Shown here piece after piece: positions 19,109 to 29,427 of a DNA stretch of 37,407 nt (position 1 is its first letter; the number at the start of each line of letters is the position of its first letter). Where the stretch lies: positions 1 to 37,407 of the forward strand of contig JBBISH010000060.1 of assembly GCA_037441385.1 (NCBI GenBank), in the 5' to 3' direction. A model generated the notes under the pieces. The model was given only the letters and a program-made list of their open reading frames with translations, was not told where the DNA came from and did not search any database. The position numbers were made by a program, and so were the translations under genes. This DNA comes from Myxococcales bacterium (GTDB taxonomy: Bacteria > Myxococcota_A > UBA9042).

Positions 19109-20797
19109 TTGACGACCCTTTCTTTGCCTCCCAATCCACGTCCAGCGCTCGAGGTCTTGCCGATCGGCGGCGTGGCCCGCATTGGCATGAACGCCATGCT
19201 GGTCGGCTGTGGCGACGAGTGGCTGCTGCTGGACTGCGGCGTCGCCTTCCCCGAGCCCGAGCAAACCGGCGTGGAGCTGGTGCTGCCGTCGCTGGCGGTG
19301 CTCGGCTCGTACAAGAAGAAGATCAAGGCCATCGTCTTGACCCACGGCCACGAGGATCACATCGGCGCGGTGCCGTATGCCCTCAAGGTCTTGGATTGCC
19401 CGGTGTATGCCACGCGTTTCACGATGGGTCTGCTGCAGGGCAAGCTGCGCGAGCACGGCTTGACCGACAAAGCTGACCTGCACGTGATTGCCCCGGGGAA
19501 GTCGGTCAAGATCGGCGGTTTCGTGTTGGATTTCCTGCGGGTGACCCACTCGATCCCCGATTGCGTGTCGGTGCTGGTGCAGTCCGACGGCGGCACCCTG
19601 CTCTTCACGGGCGATTTCAAGATCGAAAAAGGCCTGCGCGACGGCGTGGTTTTTGACGAGGCCGGGTTCAAGGCGGCAGGCGACCGCGGCGTGGACCTGC
19701 TGATGAGCGACTCGACCAACGCCGAAGTGCCGGGTTGGTCGGGCAACGAGCACGACGTGGGCGCGCACTTGGTCGACGTGTTCGCCGAGTGCCGCGGCCG
19801 CATCATCGTCGGCCTGTTTGCCAGCAACATCTACCGGGTCCACTCCATCGTCGACGCGGCGCGCAAGACTGGCCGCTACTGCGCCCTGTTGGGCAAGTCG
19901 CTGGAACGCTTTGTCGAGTGTGCCAACAGCTTTACCAACATGCCCTTCGATCCCGAGGACTTCATCCCGGTGGGCGAGCTGGATCGCTACGACGACGACG
20001 AGTTGGTGCTGCTGTGCACGGGCTCGCAAGCGGAGCCGCGGGCGGCGCTGGCGCGGGTGGCCAACGGCACCCACCCCGATGTGCACGTGCGGCCCACCGA
20101 CACCGTGGTGCTGTCGGCGCGCAATATCCCAGGCAACGAGCGGCGCATCCACGCGATGATGAACGACTTTGCCCGCCGCGGTGCGCACGTCATCTATGCG
20201 CGGACCGATCGAGGCATCCACGCCTCGGGCCACGCCTATTCGGACGAGCTACTGCACGTGCTGCAGCTGGTGCGGCCGCGCTGCTTCATCCCGGTGCACG
20301 GCGAGTACACGTTCTTGCAGCGCCATGCGGACTTGGCGCGTTCGCACGGCGTGGCGCACGTCTCGCTGATCGAAAACGGCCACCACTGCGCCATCACCGC
20401 CGCGGGCATCGAAAGCTTGGGCGTGCGCGACGTGGAGCCGTGGTACGGCGACGGATTGACCTTTGGCGATGCGCACATGGTCGAGCTGTCGGCCCGCCAA
20501 CAGCTGGCCTGGAACGGTGTGATCGCGGTAGACCTGGACTTGCGGCGCGAGGGGGGCATCCTGAGCGGCAAGGCGCGGGTCAAGCACCACGGCGTCTACG
20601 CGGCCCAGGGCGAATTGGCCAAAGAGGCCGAGCAGATCCTGGCGCGCTGGGTGGGCGGGCTGGACGCGCGCACCCCGCTGGAAGGCATCGAGGGCATGGT
20701 ACAAGCCCAGGTCAGGCGGGTGGCCAAGCGCTTCACGCCGCGCAAGCCGGTGGTGCTGGCGTTTGCGCGCTGGCGCGACGACGACGAAGTCGAGTAG
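19109..20797 (+). CDS. rnj: Ribonuclease J
   Basis: Metallo-beta-lactamase/beta-CASP motifs THGHEDHIG, THSIPD, TGDFK, SDSTN, FASNIYR, TGSQAEP, HASGH, PVHGE. Confidence 0.94.
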   Translation: MTTLSLPPNPRPALEVLPIGGVARIGMNAMLVGCGDEWLLLDCGVAFPEPEQTGVELVLPSLAVLGSYKKKIKAIVLTHGHEDHIGAVPYALKVLDCPVYATRFTMGLLQGKLREHGLTDKADLHVIAPGKSVKIGGFVLDFLRVTHSIPDCVSVLVQSDGGTLLFTGDFKIEKGLRDGVVFDEAGFKAAGDRGVDLLMSDSTNAEVPGWSGNEHDVGAHLVDVFAECRGRIIVGLFASNIYRVHSIVDAARKTGRYCALLGKSLERFVECANSFTNMPFDPEDFIPVGELDRYDDDELVLLCTGSQAEPRAALARVANGTHPDVHVRPTDTVVLSARNIPGNERRIHAMMNDFARRGAHVIYARTDRGIHASGHAYSDELLHVLQLVRPRCFIPVHGEYTFLQRHADLARSHGVAHVSLIENGHHCAITAAGIESLGVRDVEPWYGDGLTFGDAHMVELSARQQLAWNGVIAVDLDLRREGGILSGKARVKHHGVYAAQGELAKEAEQILARWVGGLDARTPLEGIEGMVQAQVRRVAKRFTPRKPVVLAFARWRDDDEVE

Positions 20798-20806
20798 GAA
20801 GGACCG

Positions 20807-21589
20807 ATGGCCACCGCGCCCCACCGCAAGCCCACGCCCAAACCGGCCGACCCAAGCAAGGGGGCGCAAGTCCGTGCGCCTGCTACAAAACCGTTGCCGG
20901 CCAAGCCGGTGCCGGGCAAGTCCGAGCCCGCCAAGGCGGGGCCCACCAAAATCGGGCCAAGGGTGCTGCGGATCACCCAAGCGGAGTTCGTGGCGTCGGT
21001 CCTCAAAGCCGGCGAGGTGCCCGACGGCGGCCCCGAGATTGCCTTCGTCGGCCGCAGCAATGTGGGCAAGTCCTCGCTGATCAACGCACTTTGCGGTCGC
21101 GAGGCCTTGGCCCGCACGTCGCGCACACCCGGCCGGACGCAGCGCATCAACCTGTTCGATGCCAAATTGAGCGACGGCAAGCAGCTGCGCTTGGTCGACC
21201 TGCCCGGCTTTGGCCACGCCGAAGTCAGCAAGGCGATGATGGCCCAGTTTGCCGAGATGATTCAGTATTACTTGGTCGGCAGCGAGGCGATGCGCCTGGT
21301 GCTGATCCTGCAAGACGCGCGCCGCGACCGCGACGACGACGCCATCGGCTTTTCGCGCTGGCTGGCGGAAAACCGCGTGCCCTTCGACGTGGTGGCGACC
21401 AAGGCCGACGAGATTCCCAAGACCCGCATCGGCGCGGTCACGGCGCGGCTCAAGACCGAATTCCGCTTGGAGCAGGCGCCTTTGGCCGTGTCCTCGCGGG
21501 AAGGGACGAACATCGTCGAGCTGCTGACCCGCCTGCGCAACACCGCCTATCCTAAGCCGCCCAAGCCGGTCAAGGCCAAGCAACCCTAA
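20807..21589 (+). CDS. engB: Ribosome biogenesis GTP-binding protein YihA/YsxC with Pro/Lys-rich N-terminal extension
   Basis: EIAFVGRSNVGKSSLIN, SRTPGRTQRIN, VDLPGFG, TKAD. Confidence 0.93.
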   Translation: MATAPHRKPTPKPADPSKGAQVRAPATKPLPAKPVPGKSEPAKAGPTKIGPRVLRITQAEFVASVLKAGEVPDGGPEIAFVGRSNVGKSSLINALCGREALARTSRTPGRTQRINLFDAKLSDGKQLRLVDLPGFGHAEVSKAMMAQFAEMIQYYLVGSEAMRLVLILQDARRDRDDDAIGFSRWLAENRVPFDVVATKADEIPKTRIGAVTARLKTEFRLEQAPLAVSSREGTNIVELLTRLRNTAYPKPPKPVKAKQP

Positions 21590-22039
21590 GTGATGCCTGC
21601 TGTTTTGGACCAAGTACGGCCGGCTACCATCAGCGACCTGCCCGCCCTGCTGGCCCTGGAGGCCGCCTGTTTTGACGACCCGTGGAGCGCCGACGGCGTG
21701 CGCGCCGAGCTGGAGCAGAGCCACTGCCGGCCGCTCGTCCTGGAGCGCGACGGTACGGTGGTGGGGTCGCTGCTGGGCTGGCTGCTGGCCGGCGAGCTGC
21801 AGATCAACCGGGTCGCAGTGAATCCTGCCTTGCGCAATCAAGGGTTAGGGGGTGTGCTGGTGGCGGCCTCGCTGCAGGGCGCGCAGGCCGAGGGGGCGGA
21901 ACGGGCCCTGCTGGAAGTCCGCGCCGACAACGCGCCGGCGATTGCCCTCTACCTGCGCTACGGCTTTGTCAAGGCCGGTCTGCGCAAGAACTATTACCAC
22001 GACGGCATGGCGGCACTGGTGATGGTGCGCGATCTGTAG
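21590..22039 (+). CDS. rimI: Ribosomal protein S18-alanine N-acetyltransferase (GNAT)
   Basis: CFDDPWS, VAVNPALRNQGLG, LEVRADNAPAIALY, GLRKNYY. Confidence 0.88.
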   Translation: MMPAVLDQVRPATISDLPALLALEAACFDDPWSADGVRAELEQSHCRPLVLERDGTVVGSLLGWLLAGELQINRVAVNPALRNQGLGGVLVAASLQGAQAEGAERALLEVRADNAPAIALYLRYGFVKAGLRKNYYHDGMAALVMVRDL

Positions 22040-22051
22040 GCTGCGGCTGAA

Positions 22052-22372
22052 CTACTTGAGAACGTAGACCTTTTCGCCCGGACGGACCAATCCCAGCTCG
22101 CTGCGAATCGTCTGGATGCGCACATCGCGGCGGGAGGCAAAGGCGTCCACGCGGGCTGACAATTCCTGACCGCGCATGCGGGCTTGCACCAGCTGCTCGC
22201 GAACCTGGCGAAGCTCGACCCCGCGGTCCTCGGCGTAGCCGCGCTGGGTAAAGGCGTGCATCAAGCCCGCCACGGACACCACGGCAAACACCGCGTACAA
22301 CACGAGCTTGATGAAGGAACCCAGGAGTTGCCCGGCCTTACGAACAGCTTTCCACCACGACCACGCCTGCAT
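22052..22372 (-). CDS. Septum formation initiator (FtsB/DivIC-like)
   Basis: Single TM helix, coiled coil, and C-terminal IRSELGLVRPGEKVY signature. GGAGG RBS upstream. Confidence 0.7.
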   Translation of the reverse strand: MQAWSWWKAVRKAGQLLGSFIKLVLYAVFAVVSVAGLMHAFTQRGYAEDRGVELRQVREQLVQARMRGQELSARVDAFASRRDVRIQTIRSELGLVRPGEKVYVLK

Positions 22373-22519
22373 CTCGTCCTCCGGCCTGAACCGGTCCGGA
22401 AGCTAACGCCACGGCGAATCCTGTCTAGTTTTTTGCAGGTTGCACGCGTAAGCCGCGATCGCGCCTACACAACGATCAAATCGGCGATCGCGAAGCCGCA
22501 CTTGGCCAAAACCGCGCCT

Positions 22520-24343
22520 TCAGGGGCTGGTCGTGGGGGGCACCACCGGCGCTGTGCCTCGGCCGCCGCGGGCGTCGCGGGGCAAGCGGAGTTCGAACGT
22601 GGCGCCGCCGCCGGGCGTCTCGCGGTAGACCACACTGCCGCCGTGCAAGTCTGCGGTTTGCTTGACCATCGCCAGGCCAAGACCGGTGCCGTCGGCCTTG
22701 CCGTGCGTGGCAAAGGCCTCGAAGAGACGGTGCTGGAACTCGCGGGGCACACCGGGACCGTCGTCGCTGCAGGTGATGACCAAATCCGCGCCATCGCTGA
22801 GGATCTTGACGTCGAATCGGTGAACATTGCCGTCGGCCAGTGCGTCGCGGGCGTTGCGGGCGATGTTCTGCACGGCGCGCATGACCCGGCCCGAGTCGAT
22901 GCGGGCGTAGCCGCGGTCCAAGCACTCGATACTGAAACGGATCTGCGCATCGGCGAACACCTGGCCAAACAGCCGCTCCAGCTCTTTGGCAAACTCGGGC
23001 ATCACCACCTTGACGACCAACAACTCGTTGTCGCCACGGGCAAATCCCAGCACTTCGCGGGTCATCTCGGTCATGCGCCGCAGCTGTTCCAGCACGCCAT
23101 CAGCCAGGCTGGCGCGCTCGCCCTGGTCGTCTTCTAGCTTCAACAACTGCACGTAGCCGCTCGCGACCGTCATCGGCGTCTTCAAGTCATGGACGATGCT
23201 GGCCAAAGCCCGGCCAATCGCCGACAGCCGCTCTTCGCGCTCTTGCTGCTGGCGGGCTTGGCGCTGGGCCAAGGCGTGGCCAATCTGGTCGGCGGTCAAT
23301 TCCACCACGCGCACCTGGTCTTCCGTCATGCACGCGTGGCGGCCCGGCTTCCAGTACACGGCCAGCGCGCCGACCAGGCCGTCGTCACGCTCCAGCGGCA
23401 CGCACAGCCCCGCCGCGGGCACCCACGGCAGCTGCTCTTCGGCGGCCAGCGCCTTCAGCTCTTGCCGCGGCATGTCGCAGGGGTTGTAGCGCTTGGGCTC
23501 CTCGAACACGCGCGCCACCAGCCCGCGCGCCTGCGGCAGCGGCAAGACCTCAAAGAAATCAGGGCCAAGGGCGCGGTAGAGCACTAGCCCACCACTTTCG
23601 GTCCGGACGGCCACCTGCAGCAAATCGGCGTGCAGGGTGTAGCTGACGCGCTCGACCACCGCCCGCACGGCCCCGTCAAAGGTGGTCGCGCGCGCCACCT
23701 CGCGTTCCAGGTCGTAGAGCATGTCGATTTCGCGCACCCGGTCGGCCAGGTCGCCTTGAGTCTTGAGTAACTCCTCATTCTTATTAGCCAACTGCTCAGC
23801 CAGGTGGGCGTTGACGATCGAGATCGCGGTCATCGACAGGATCGTCGACAGCAGCCGCTCGTCGTCGACGTGGAAGTAGCCGCCGCGCTTGTTCAAAACC
23901 TGGACCACGCCCACCAAGTTCTCTTCGCGGTCCAGCACGGGCTGGCACAGCAGCGAGCGAGTGGTGTAGCCGGTGATCTTGTCCCAGCTGGGGTCAAAGC
24001 GCGGGTCATCGTAGGCGTTCTTGATGTTGACGCCGCGCCGCCGCTGCGCCACCCAGCCGACCACGCCCACGCCGACCGGCACCCGGAATTGGCCCACGTC
24101 GCCGCCGCGGGTGATCTTGGACCACAGCGCGTCGCCGTCGACCAGGAACAGCGTCGAGCGGTCGGCGTCCAGCGCCCAAGTCAGGCGGTCCATCACCAAG
24201 TCCAGCAGCTCGTCGGCCGTCCAGGGGGCCGAAAGCGCGCGCGCTACCTCGGAAACCGCTGCCAGGCGAATGTCGGCCGGCCGTAAGTCGGCGGCAGGGG
24301 CGGCTGGGGCGGCAGTCGCAACAGTGAGGTCGGCGGCGGACAT
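22520..24343 (-). CDS. Cytoplasmic GAF-GAF sensor histidine kinase
   Basis: GAF domain (LDADRSTLFLVD...NAYDDPRFDPSWDKITGYTTRSLLC), H-box IVHDLKTP, N-box NIARNA, DDGPG, GTGLGLA. Start uncertain (24343 or 24361). Confidence 0.92.
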   Translation of the reverse strand: MSAADLTVATAAPAAPAADLRPADIRLAAVSEVARALSAPWTADELLDLVMDRLTWALDADRSTLFLVDGDALWSKITRGGDVGQFRVPVGVGVVGWVAQRRRGVNIKNAYDDPRFDPSWDKITGYTTRSLLCQPVLDREENLVGVVQVLNKRGGYFHVDDERLLSTILSMTAISIVNAHLAEQLANKNEELLKTQGDLADRVREIDMLYDLEREVARATTFDGAVRAVVERVSYTLHADLLQVAVRTESGGLVLYRALGPDFFEVLPLPQARGLVARVFEEPKRYNPCDMPRQELKALAAEEQLPWVPAAGLCVPLERDDGLVGALAVYWKPGRHACMTEDQVRVVELTADQIGHALAQRQARQQQEREERLSAIGRALASIVHDLKTPMTVASGYVQLLKLEDDQGERASLADGVLEQLRRMTEMTREVLGFARGDNELLVVKVVMPEFAKELERLFGQVFADAQIRFSIECLDRGYARIDSGRVMRAVQNIARNARDALADGNVHRFDVKILSDGADLVITCSDDGPGVPREFQHRLFEAFATHGKADGTGLGLAMVKQTADLHGGSVVYRETPGGGATFELRLPRDARGGRGTAPVVPPTTSP

Positions 24344-24690
24344 GCAGGTTCGGGCCGCCATTGGGGCGGCGCTGCTGGCGAGGATACGGCAACTGGGGCG
24401 GTTGTGCGAGGGGGGACGTGGAGCAGACGCGGCGACGAGCCATGGCTGCACGGACAGTTTGGAACCGTGCATATTCTGGTCAGTTTGTCGGGGCATATCC
24501 TGCGACAAGGGGGTAGCCCGGCCGCTGAAGTGATCAGCACAAATAGGCCTTCGTGGCTACCGCCGCGATTCGTCCGCCCCAAAGGCGGCGAATTTGCGGC
24601 CCACCCAGCAGGAGAGGCGAGGCGGAAACTCATTTCCGCTGACCGCCTGAAGCAGCAAGCCACTATCGCGCCGTCTTTCGAGCCGATTCA

Positions 24691-24822
24691 TACGCACCCC
24701 ACCTGATTCGCGCCTGTACGGCTTTTCTGACCCGTTCTGCAACTGGCGAGAATCAGGCGGGGACCCCGGTTCTGGCCCGAAGAATTGCCCGAGTTTTCGA
24801 TCCGGTTCGGACGGAATGGGTA
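24691..24822. repeat. 132-bp TA-ended repeat B, copy 1
   Basis: Reverse complement of 33122-33253 with 6 mismatches by manual alignment. Confidence 0.9.
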
Positions 24823-24987
24823 TCAGACGGATTCCGTATCACAATTCCCTATCACAGACGTGGTGCTGACCGACACCCAGTCGGGCTGGCGCCAAGGTCC
24901 TTGGCATTGCGCAGGCGGCCTGGCCCGCAAACCGCACGTGCTGCTCAGGAATTGGCGAGCAGTTCAGGCACTCGGCGCGACTGGTCC

Positions 24988-27591
24988 CTACACTTCAGCT
25001 TGACCGCCTGCGCCAGCCGCTCCACCGCGACCATTGGGCGGTGGCAGCCAGGCCAACAGGGCCCCGGTCAAGATGTTGCCCAGCGTGCACACGACCGGTA
25101 GGCCCCAGATCGCCATCCAGGCAATGCTCTGCAGACCCAAGTTGTCTTGGAACAGCAGGGCCGCAAAACCGGCGGCGGTGGTGACCAGCGCGGCCCAAGC
25201 CGCCCCACCCGTCTGGGCAAGGATCTGCCGAAGTGTCACGTCTTCTTGCCGATAACGGTGGACGATCTGCAACGTGCCGTCGATGGCGATGCCCAGGATG
25301 CTCGGCAACACCGTCACCGAGAAGAGGTTCATGGCCAGCGGCACGTAGCGGATCACGGCCATGAAGATGAGGAAGGCAATCACCACCGGCACGTAGGCGT
25401 AGAGCACGGTGCGCAGGCTGCGGAAGTGCAGCAGCACCACCAGCAAAATGGCGATGGCAGCCAAAAGGACCGCGCGCGGCCCCTCCAAACGGACCATCGA
25501 ATCAGCCTCGGCCAGGATGAAATAGCTAGCAGTGGTCCGGACTTCGCGGACCGTCTGGCCGTCTGGCCCTGGGATGCGCATCGTCCCCAGCTGGCCAACC
25601 ACCTCGCGCACCGAGTCGGCGTCGAGCAGGTTCCCCTTGGCAAAGACCAACAAGAACCGGCCGTAGCTGCCCTTGGTGTCCAAGAAGCGCTTGCGGACGA
25701 AATCGGGCAAGTCGTTGATACCATAGGGCTTGGGCGACAGGAACTCCATCGCTCGCTTGGCCTCGGCTTGGTCGTCGGCGGGCAGCGCGTCGACCTTGGC
25801 CTCGATGCGCTTGCGAATGCGCTCGACAATTTCGGCCTTTCGCGCTTGATCTTCGGGCACGAACGAGAAGATCGAGACGAACCGCTCCATGCGGGTCAGC
25901 GCCTTGCGGTTGTGGTCGAGCTGCAGGTGCAGGGTGTGGGCATCGTCGGGCGTGTCGGCGACGATGACGATGGGCGATTCGTTGTTGCTGGTATCGGCCG
26001 AGGCGCGGTACTTGGACCCAACGCGATGACGAGCCGCGTCGGCCGGAGACTCCTTGACGGCGCCGCCAACCGTGCGCAACTTAGCCAGATTCGTCTCGAA
26101 GCGGAGGTCGGTGGCCGCGAAGGCGCCGACACTGGCCAAGGCCACCAGCAGCCACACCGTTGCCCGCGCCACTTTGGGATTGGCAAACCAGCCCATCCAG
26201 CTCGAGCCCTCGGCGTGCTCTGCGGGCACGCTGCGTTCTGGCCAGATGCGGTGGAACGCCATGATCATCGCGGGGAACATGGCAAACATGCTCACCAGGG
26301 TGAGCCCGACGCCCAAGCCGCCGATGAGGCCAAACTGTGAAAATCCGCGGAAATGCAGGACTGTCAGCGAAAACAGCCCGGCCATGGCCGTCATGGCCGC
26401 TGTGCCGAGCGACCGCCACATGTCGCCCATGGCGTTGACGATGGCTTGCAGCGGGTCGTGACCGGCGGCGCGCTCTTCGTAGTAGCGGCTGAGCGTAAAC
26501 ACGCCAAAATCGTCGCCAAGGCCGAACAGGATGCCAAAGATGAACGAGGTGATGAGGTTCAGGTAGCCGATGGTGCCGCGTGCGATGGCCATCGTGACGA
26601 CGATGCCCGAGATGAGCGGCACGAACATCAAGATGATGGCACGCCACCGGCGAAAGTGGAGGAACTGCAGGGCAATGACCGCGGCAATGGCGATCGCCGA
26701 GGTGACGGCCAGGCCATGCTGGATGTGATCGACCTCTTCGGTCATGTCCGAATAGTCGCCGCCGGTATCGACGACCATCGCCGGGTGGTAGCTGGTCGGC
26801 TTCAGATCATCAAGAATACCATGAACTTTGGCCATGAAGGCCGCACTCTTGTCGATCTCGGCCGGCGGCACCGAGGGAAAGATCTTGACCCCCACCACCT
26901 GACCATCCGGGCTCTCGGCCCACTCGCGGACATCCTCGGCGCGGAAGCGGTCGCGCAGCTCGTCTTCGGTCGGCAGATGCAGCTTCTTGGGCTTGCCGGA
27001 GGCGGCAGGCGGGCCAGCGAGCGTCGGCGAAGCAGCGGCGGCCAATTCGGTAGCCTGGGCAGGCGCTTGCGTGGGGGTCGCTTCGCCTGCCGCTGTGGGC
27101 GTGGGCGCGTCGTCCAGGCCGGCAGTCAGCTCATCGTCGACCAGCTCCTTGGCGGCTGCGTCGCGAATGGCCACTTCGACGTCGCGATCGATTTTTTCGA
27201 GGTCGCTGATCGACATGAACAGGGTCGCGTTGCGCCGGAAGAAGCCGATGTCGCGCTTGCAGTCGACCGCCACGACCTCGGGTAGCTGTTGGGCTTTGTT
27301 GCAGAAATCCAGCGCCAGGGCCCGGTTCTTGTCGCGGCTCGGGCTGCCGAACATCACGACCAGTTGGCTCGACGACTTGAGCGTCTCGCGGGCGTGACGT
27401 GCTGCCATCACGGCCGGCGTGTCGTCCGGGAAAAGGTCTTCCATGTTCGAGCGGATCGCGATGCCCGCACCGTACCACCCTGCGGCGACGATGATGGGCA
27501 GCATCACCGCCAGAGCCAAGAATGGGTGTCGTCCGGTGAGCGCGGCATAGCGGCGCGCCCAGCGCTCCGAAACGGTGTCGGCTTGGGCCAT
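24988..27591 (-). CDS. MMPL/RND-superfamily exporter
   Basis: Two 1+5 TM repeats with ILFGLGDDF and ILGIAIDG proton-relay motifs, TAAMTAMAG / LVTTAAGF, and GFSQFG. Start uncertain (27591, 27612 or 27624). Confidence 0.88.
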   Translation of the reverse strand: MAQADTVSERWARRYAALTGRHPFLALAVMLPIIVAAGWYGAGIAIRSNMEDLFPDDTPAVMAARHARETLKSSSQLVVMFGSPSRDKNRALALDFCNKAQQLPEVVAVDCKRDIGFFRRNATLFMSISDLEKIDRDVEVAIRDAAAKELVDDELTAGLDDAPTPTAAGEATPTQAPAQATELAAAASPTLAGPPAASGKPKKLHLPTEDELRDRFRAEDVREWAESPDGQVVGVKIFPSVPPAEIDKSAAFMAKVHGILDDLKPTSYHPAMVVDTGGDYSDMTEEVDHIQHGLAVTSAIAIAAVIALQFLHFRRWRAIILMFVPLISGIVVTMAIARGTIGYLNLITSFIFGILFGLGDDFGVFTLSRYYEERAAGHDPLQAIVNAMGDMWRSLGTAAMTAMAGLFSLTVLHFRGFSQFGLIGGLGVGLTLVSMFAMFPAMIMAFHRIWPERSVPAEHAEGSSWMGWFANPKVARATVWLLVALASVGAFAATDLRFETNLAKLRTVGGAVKESPADAARHRVGSKYRASADTSNNESPIVIVADTPDDAHTLHLQLDHNRKALTRMERFVSIFSFVPEDQARKAEIVERIRKRIEAKVDALPADDQAEAKRAMEFLSPKPYGINDLPDFVRKRFLDTKGSYGRFLLVFAKGNLLDADSVREVVGQLGTMRIPGPDGQTVREVRTTASYFILAEADSMVRLEGPRAVLLAAIAILLVVLLHFRSLRTVLYAYVPVVIAFLIFMAVIRYVPLAMNLFSVTVLPSILGIAIDGTLQIVHRYRQEDVTLRQILAQTGGAAWAALVTTAAGFAALLFQDNLGLQSIAWMAIWGLPVVCTLGNILTGALLAWLPPPNGRGGAAGAGGQAEV

Positions 27592-27834
27592 TGGGCTAGT
27601 CCGGTGCGGCATGTAGCCGACCACGGCAGCCTAGCAAGGCTGGGGCCGGTCCGGCAAGCATGTCCAAGGGCTCGGCCAACGGCTCGGCCAAGAACGGTGC
27701 GGCAGCTCGGGAGTTGAGGTCCCGCCTGGGTCACCACCGGTCGCAGAGCCGCCCCTTGCCCGCGGAGGCGCCGCGCGCCCGAGTTCAGCGGCGTGGGCGG
27801 GCTCCAGGCGATGACCTCGAAAGAGATTCAACGA

Positions 27835-29427
27835 CTACGGGGACGCAGCCGCCAGGGTCTGGTCGAGCAGCCGCTGGCGCAAGGTCAGGCGATCGATCTT
27901 GCCACTGGGGCTGAGCGGCACGTCGTCGAGGAAGAACAAATGGCGCGGCACCATGTAGCTCGGCAGGGTGCGGCGCAGCTCGCTTCGGATCGCCTTCTTG
28001 TTGGCCTCGGCCGGCCTGGGCAAGACGCAGTAGATCTCGTCAATGCCGTCGCGCAGCGGGGCGACACCGGTCACCGCAAACGTCGCGCCGGCCGCGAGAC
28101 AAGCCGCGTGCTCGATTTCGCCCAGCTCGATGCGATAGCCCATCACCTTGACCTGGTGGTCTTCGCGGCCCCCGCAGTGGAGGTCGCCCGCGTCGCTCTG
28201 CCAGGCCAGGTCGCCCGTGCGGTACCAGACTTGGCCGTCGCGCTGGACAAACCGCTCGGCCGTGCGGTCGGGGTCCGCAAGGTAGCCGGGCGTGACCTGC
28301 TCCCCCGCCAGCCACAGCCCGCCAAGTTCGCCGGCCGCGCACGGGAGCCCGTCGTCGCGGAGCACGGCCGCCGCCACGGTAGGAAAGGGCCGGCCAATGG
28401 GAACGCCGCCTTGCCACGCATCGCCGGCCGAAAAGCCAGGCGGGACCTCGAAGTGGGTGACCGCGACGGTGGCCTCCGTCGGGCCATAGAGATTGCAGAT
28501 CCTGGAGTTGGGAGCCACCTGCCGCCACACCTCGGTGGTCTGGAAGGTCAGCTTTTCGCCGGCAAACAGGCTGAGCCGCACATTGGGCAGGGCACCGGGT
28601 TGCAGCTGGCGGCTGTGCAACAGAAACGCCGCGAGGGCGGGCACCGAAAACCAGACGTTGACCTGCTGCCTGGCAGCCCAGGCCACCGGCGCGGCCATCG
28701 CCTCGTGGTCGAACAGGACCAAGCTGGCGCCCGCGGCCCAGGTCACGAACTGGTCGTGGACGCTCACGTCGAAGGTCAGGTCAAAGGTTTGGCTCAGGCG
28801 GTCACTCGGCGCGATGGGGTAGGCGCCCAAGAACGACCGAACGTATGCATCGACGTTGCGATGCAGCACCCGGACGCCTTTGGGCTCGCCGGTACTGCCC
28901 GAAGTAAAGAGCACATAGGCGAGCGGCTCGGACTGGGGAGGCTGCAGCGGCGTTTCGCGGCCGACCTCGGCGGGCACGGCGCGGATCAGCTGGCAGCGCC
29001 CGCTGTTTTCGGCGACCAGGGCCTCGACGCGGGGCGCGTGATCGAGCACCACGATGCGCAGCGGCGGCATGGGCTGGCGCAGGAGCTCGGCCAACGTGGC
29101 GGCGCACTCCTCGCCCACCACCAGCGTGGTCAGGTGGGTCTTGCTGGCAATGTGGGCGTTGCGAACCGCCGGAAAGGCAGGACTCATCGGGACATAGGCC
29201 TTGCCTTCGGCAAGGATGGCCAGGGTGGCGGCCATCGCCAGGGGCGAGCGGTGGGCCAAGATCCCCACGATGGCTGCCGGGTCGCCGTGCAGCCCCAGAC
29301 GCAGACCCTCGACCTGGGCGCGCAGCTCGGCGTAGCTGTAGTGGCCGCCGCGGAAATGGAGGGCCGCCGCCGTGGGAGTCCGGCGAGCCGATTGGTAAAA
29401 GCCCGTGGCAATGTTGAGCTCGTTCAT
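27835..29427 (-). CDS. Stand-alone amino acid adenylation enzyme (DltA-like amino acid-carrier protein ligase)
   Basis: YVLFTSGSTGEPKG, FDVSV, FAGE, NLYGPTE, YRTGD, KVMGYRIELGEIE, SGKIDR. ATG overlaps the upstream stop (ATGA). Confidence 0.92.
   Translation of the reverse strand: MNELNIATGFYQSARRTPTAAALHFRGGHYSYAELRAQVEGLRLGLHGDPAAIVGILAHRSPLAMAATLAILAEGKAYVPMSPAFPAVRNAHIASKTHLTTLVVGEECAATLAELLRQPMPPLRIVVLDHAPRVEALVAENSGRCQLIRAVPAEVGRETPLQPPQSEPLAYVLFTSGSTGEPKGVRVLHRNVDAYVRSFLGAYPIAPSDRLSQTFDLTFDVSVHDQFVTWAAGASLVLFDHEAMAAPVAWAARQQVNVWFSVPALAAFLLHSRQLQPGALPNVRLSLFAGEKLTFQTTEVWRQVAPNSRICNLYGPTEATVAVTHFEVPPGFSAGDAWQGGVPIGRPFPTVAAAVLRDDGLPCAAGELGGLWLAGEQVTPGYLADPDRTAERFVQRDGQVWYRTGDLAWQSDAGDLHCGGREDHQVKVMGYRIELGEIEHAACLAAGATFAVTGVAPLRDGIDEIYCVLPRPAEANKKAIRSELRRTLPSYMVPRHLFFLDDVPLSPSGKIDRLTLRQRLLDQTLAAASP

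Noticed and set aside
17684..20233. 849-aa antisense ORF and similar long shadow ORFs (6558-8645, 10766-12679, 19735-21555, 20249-21841, 27793-29478)
   Set aside because: They overlap well-supported genes, have no recognisable motifs, and are expected in high-GC DNA.
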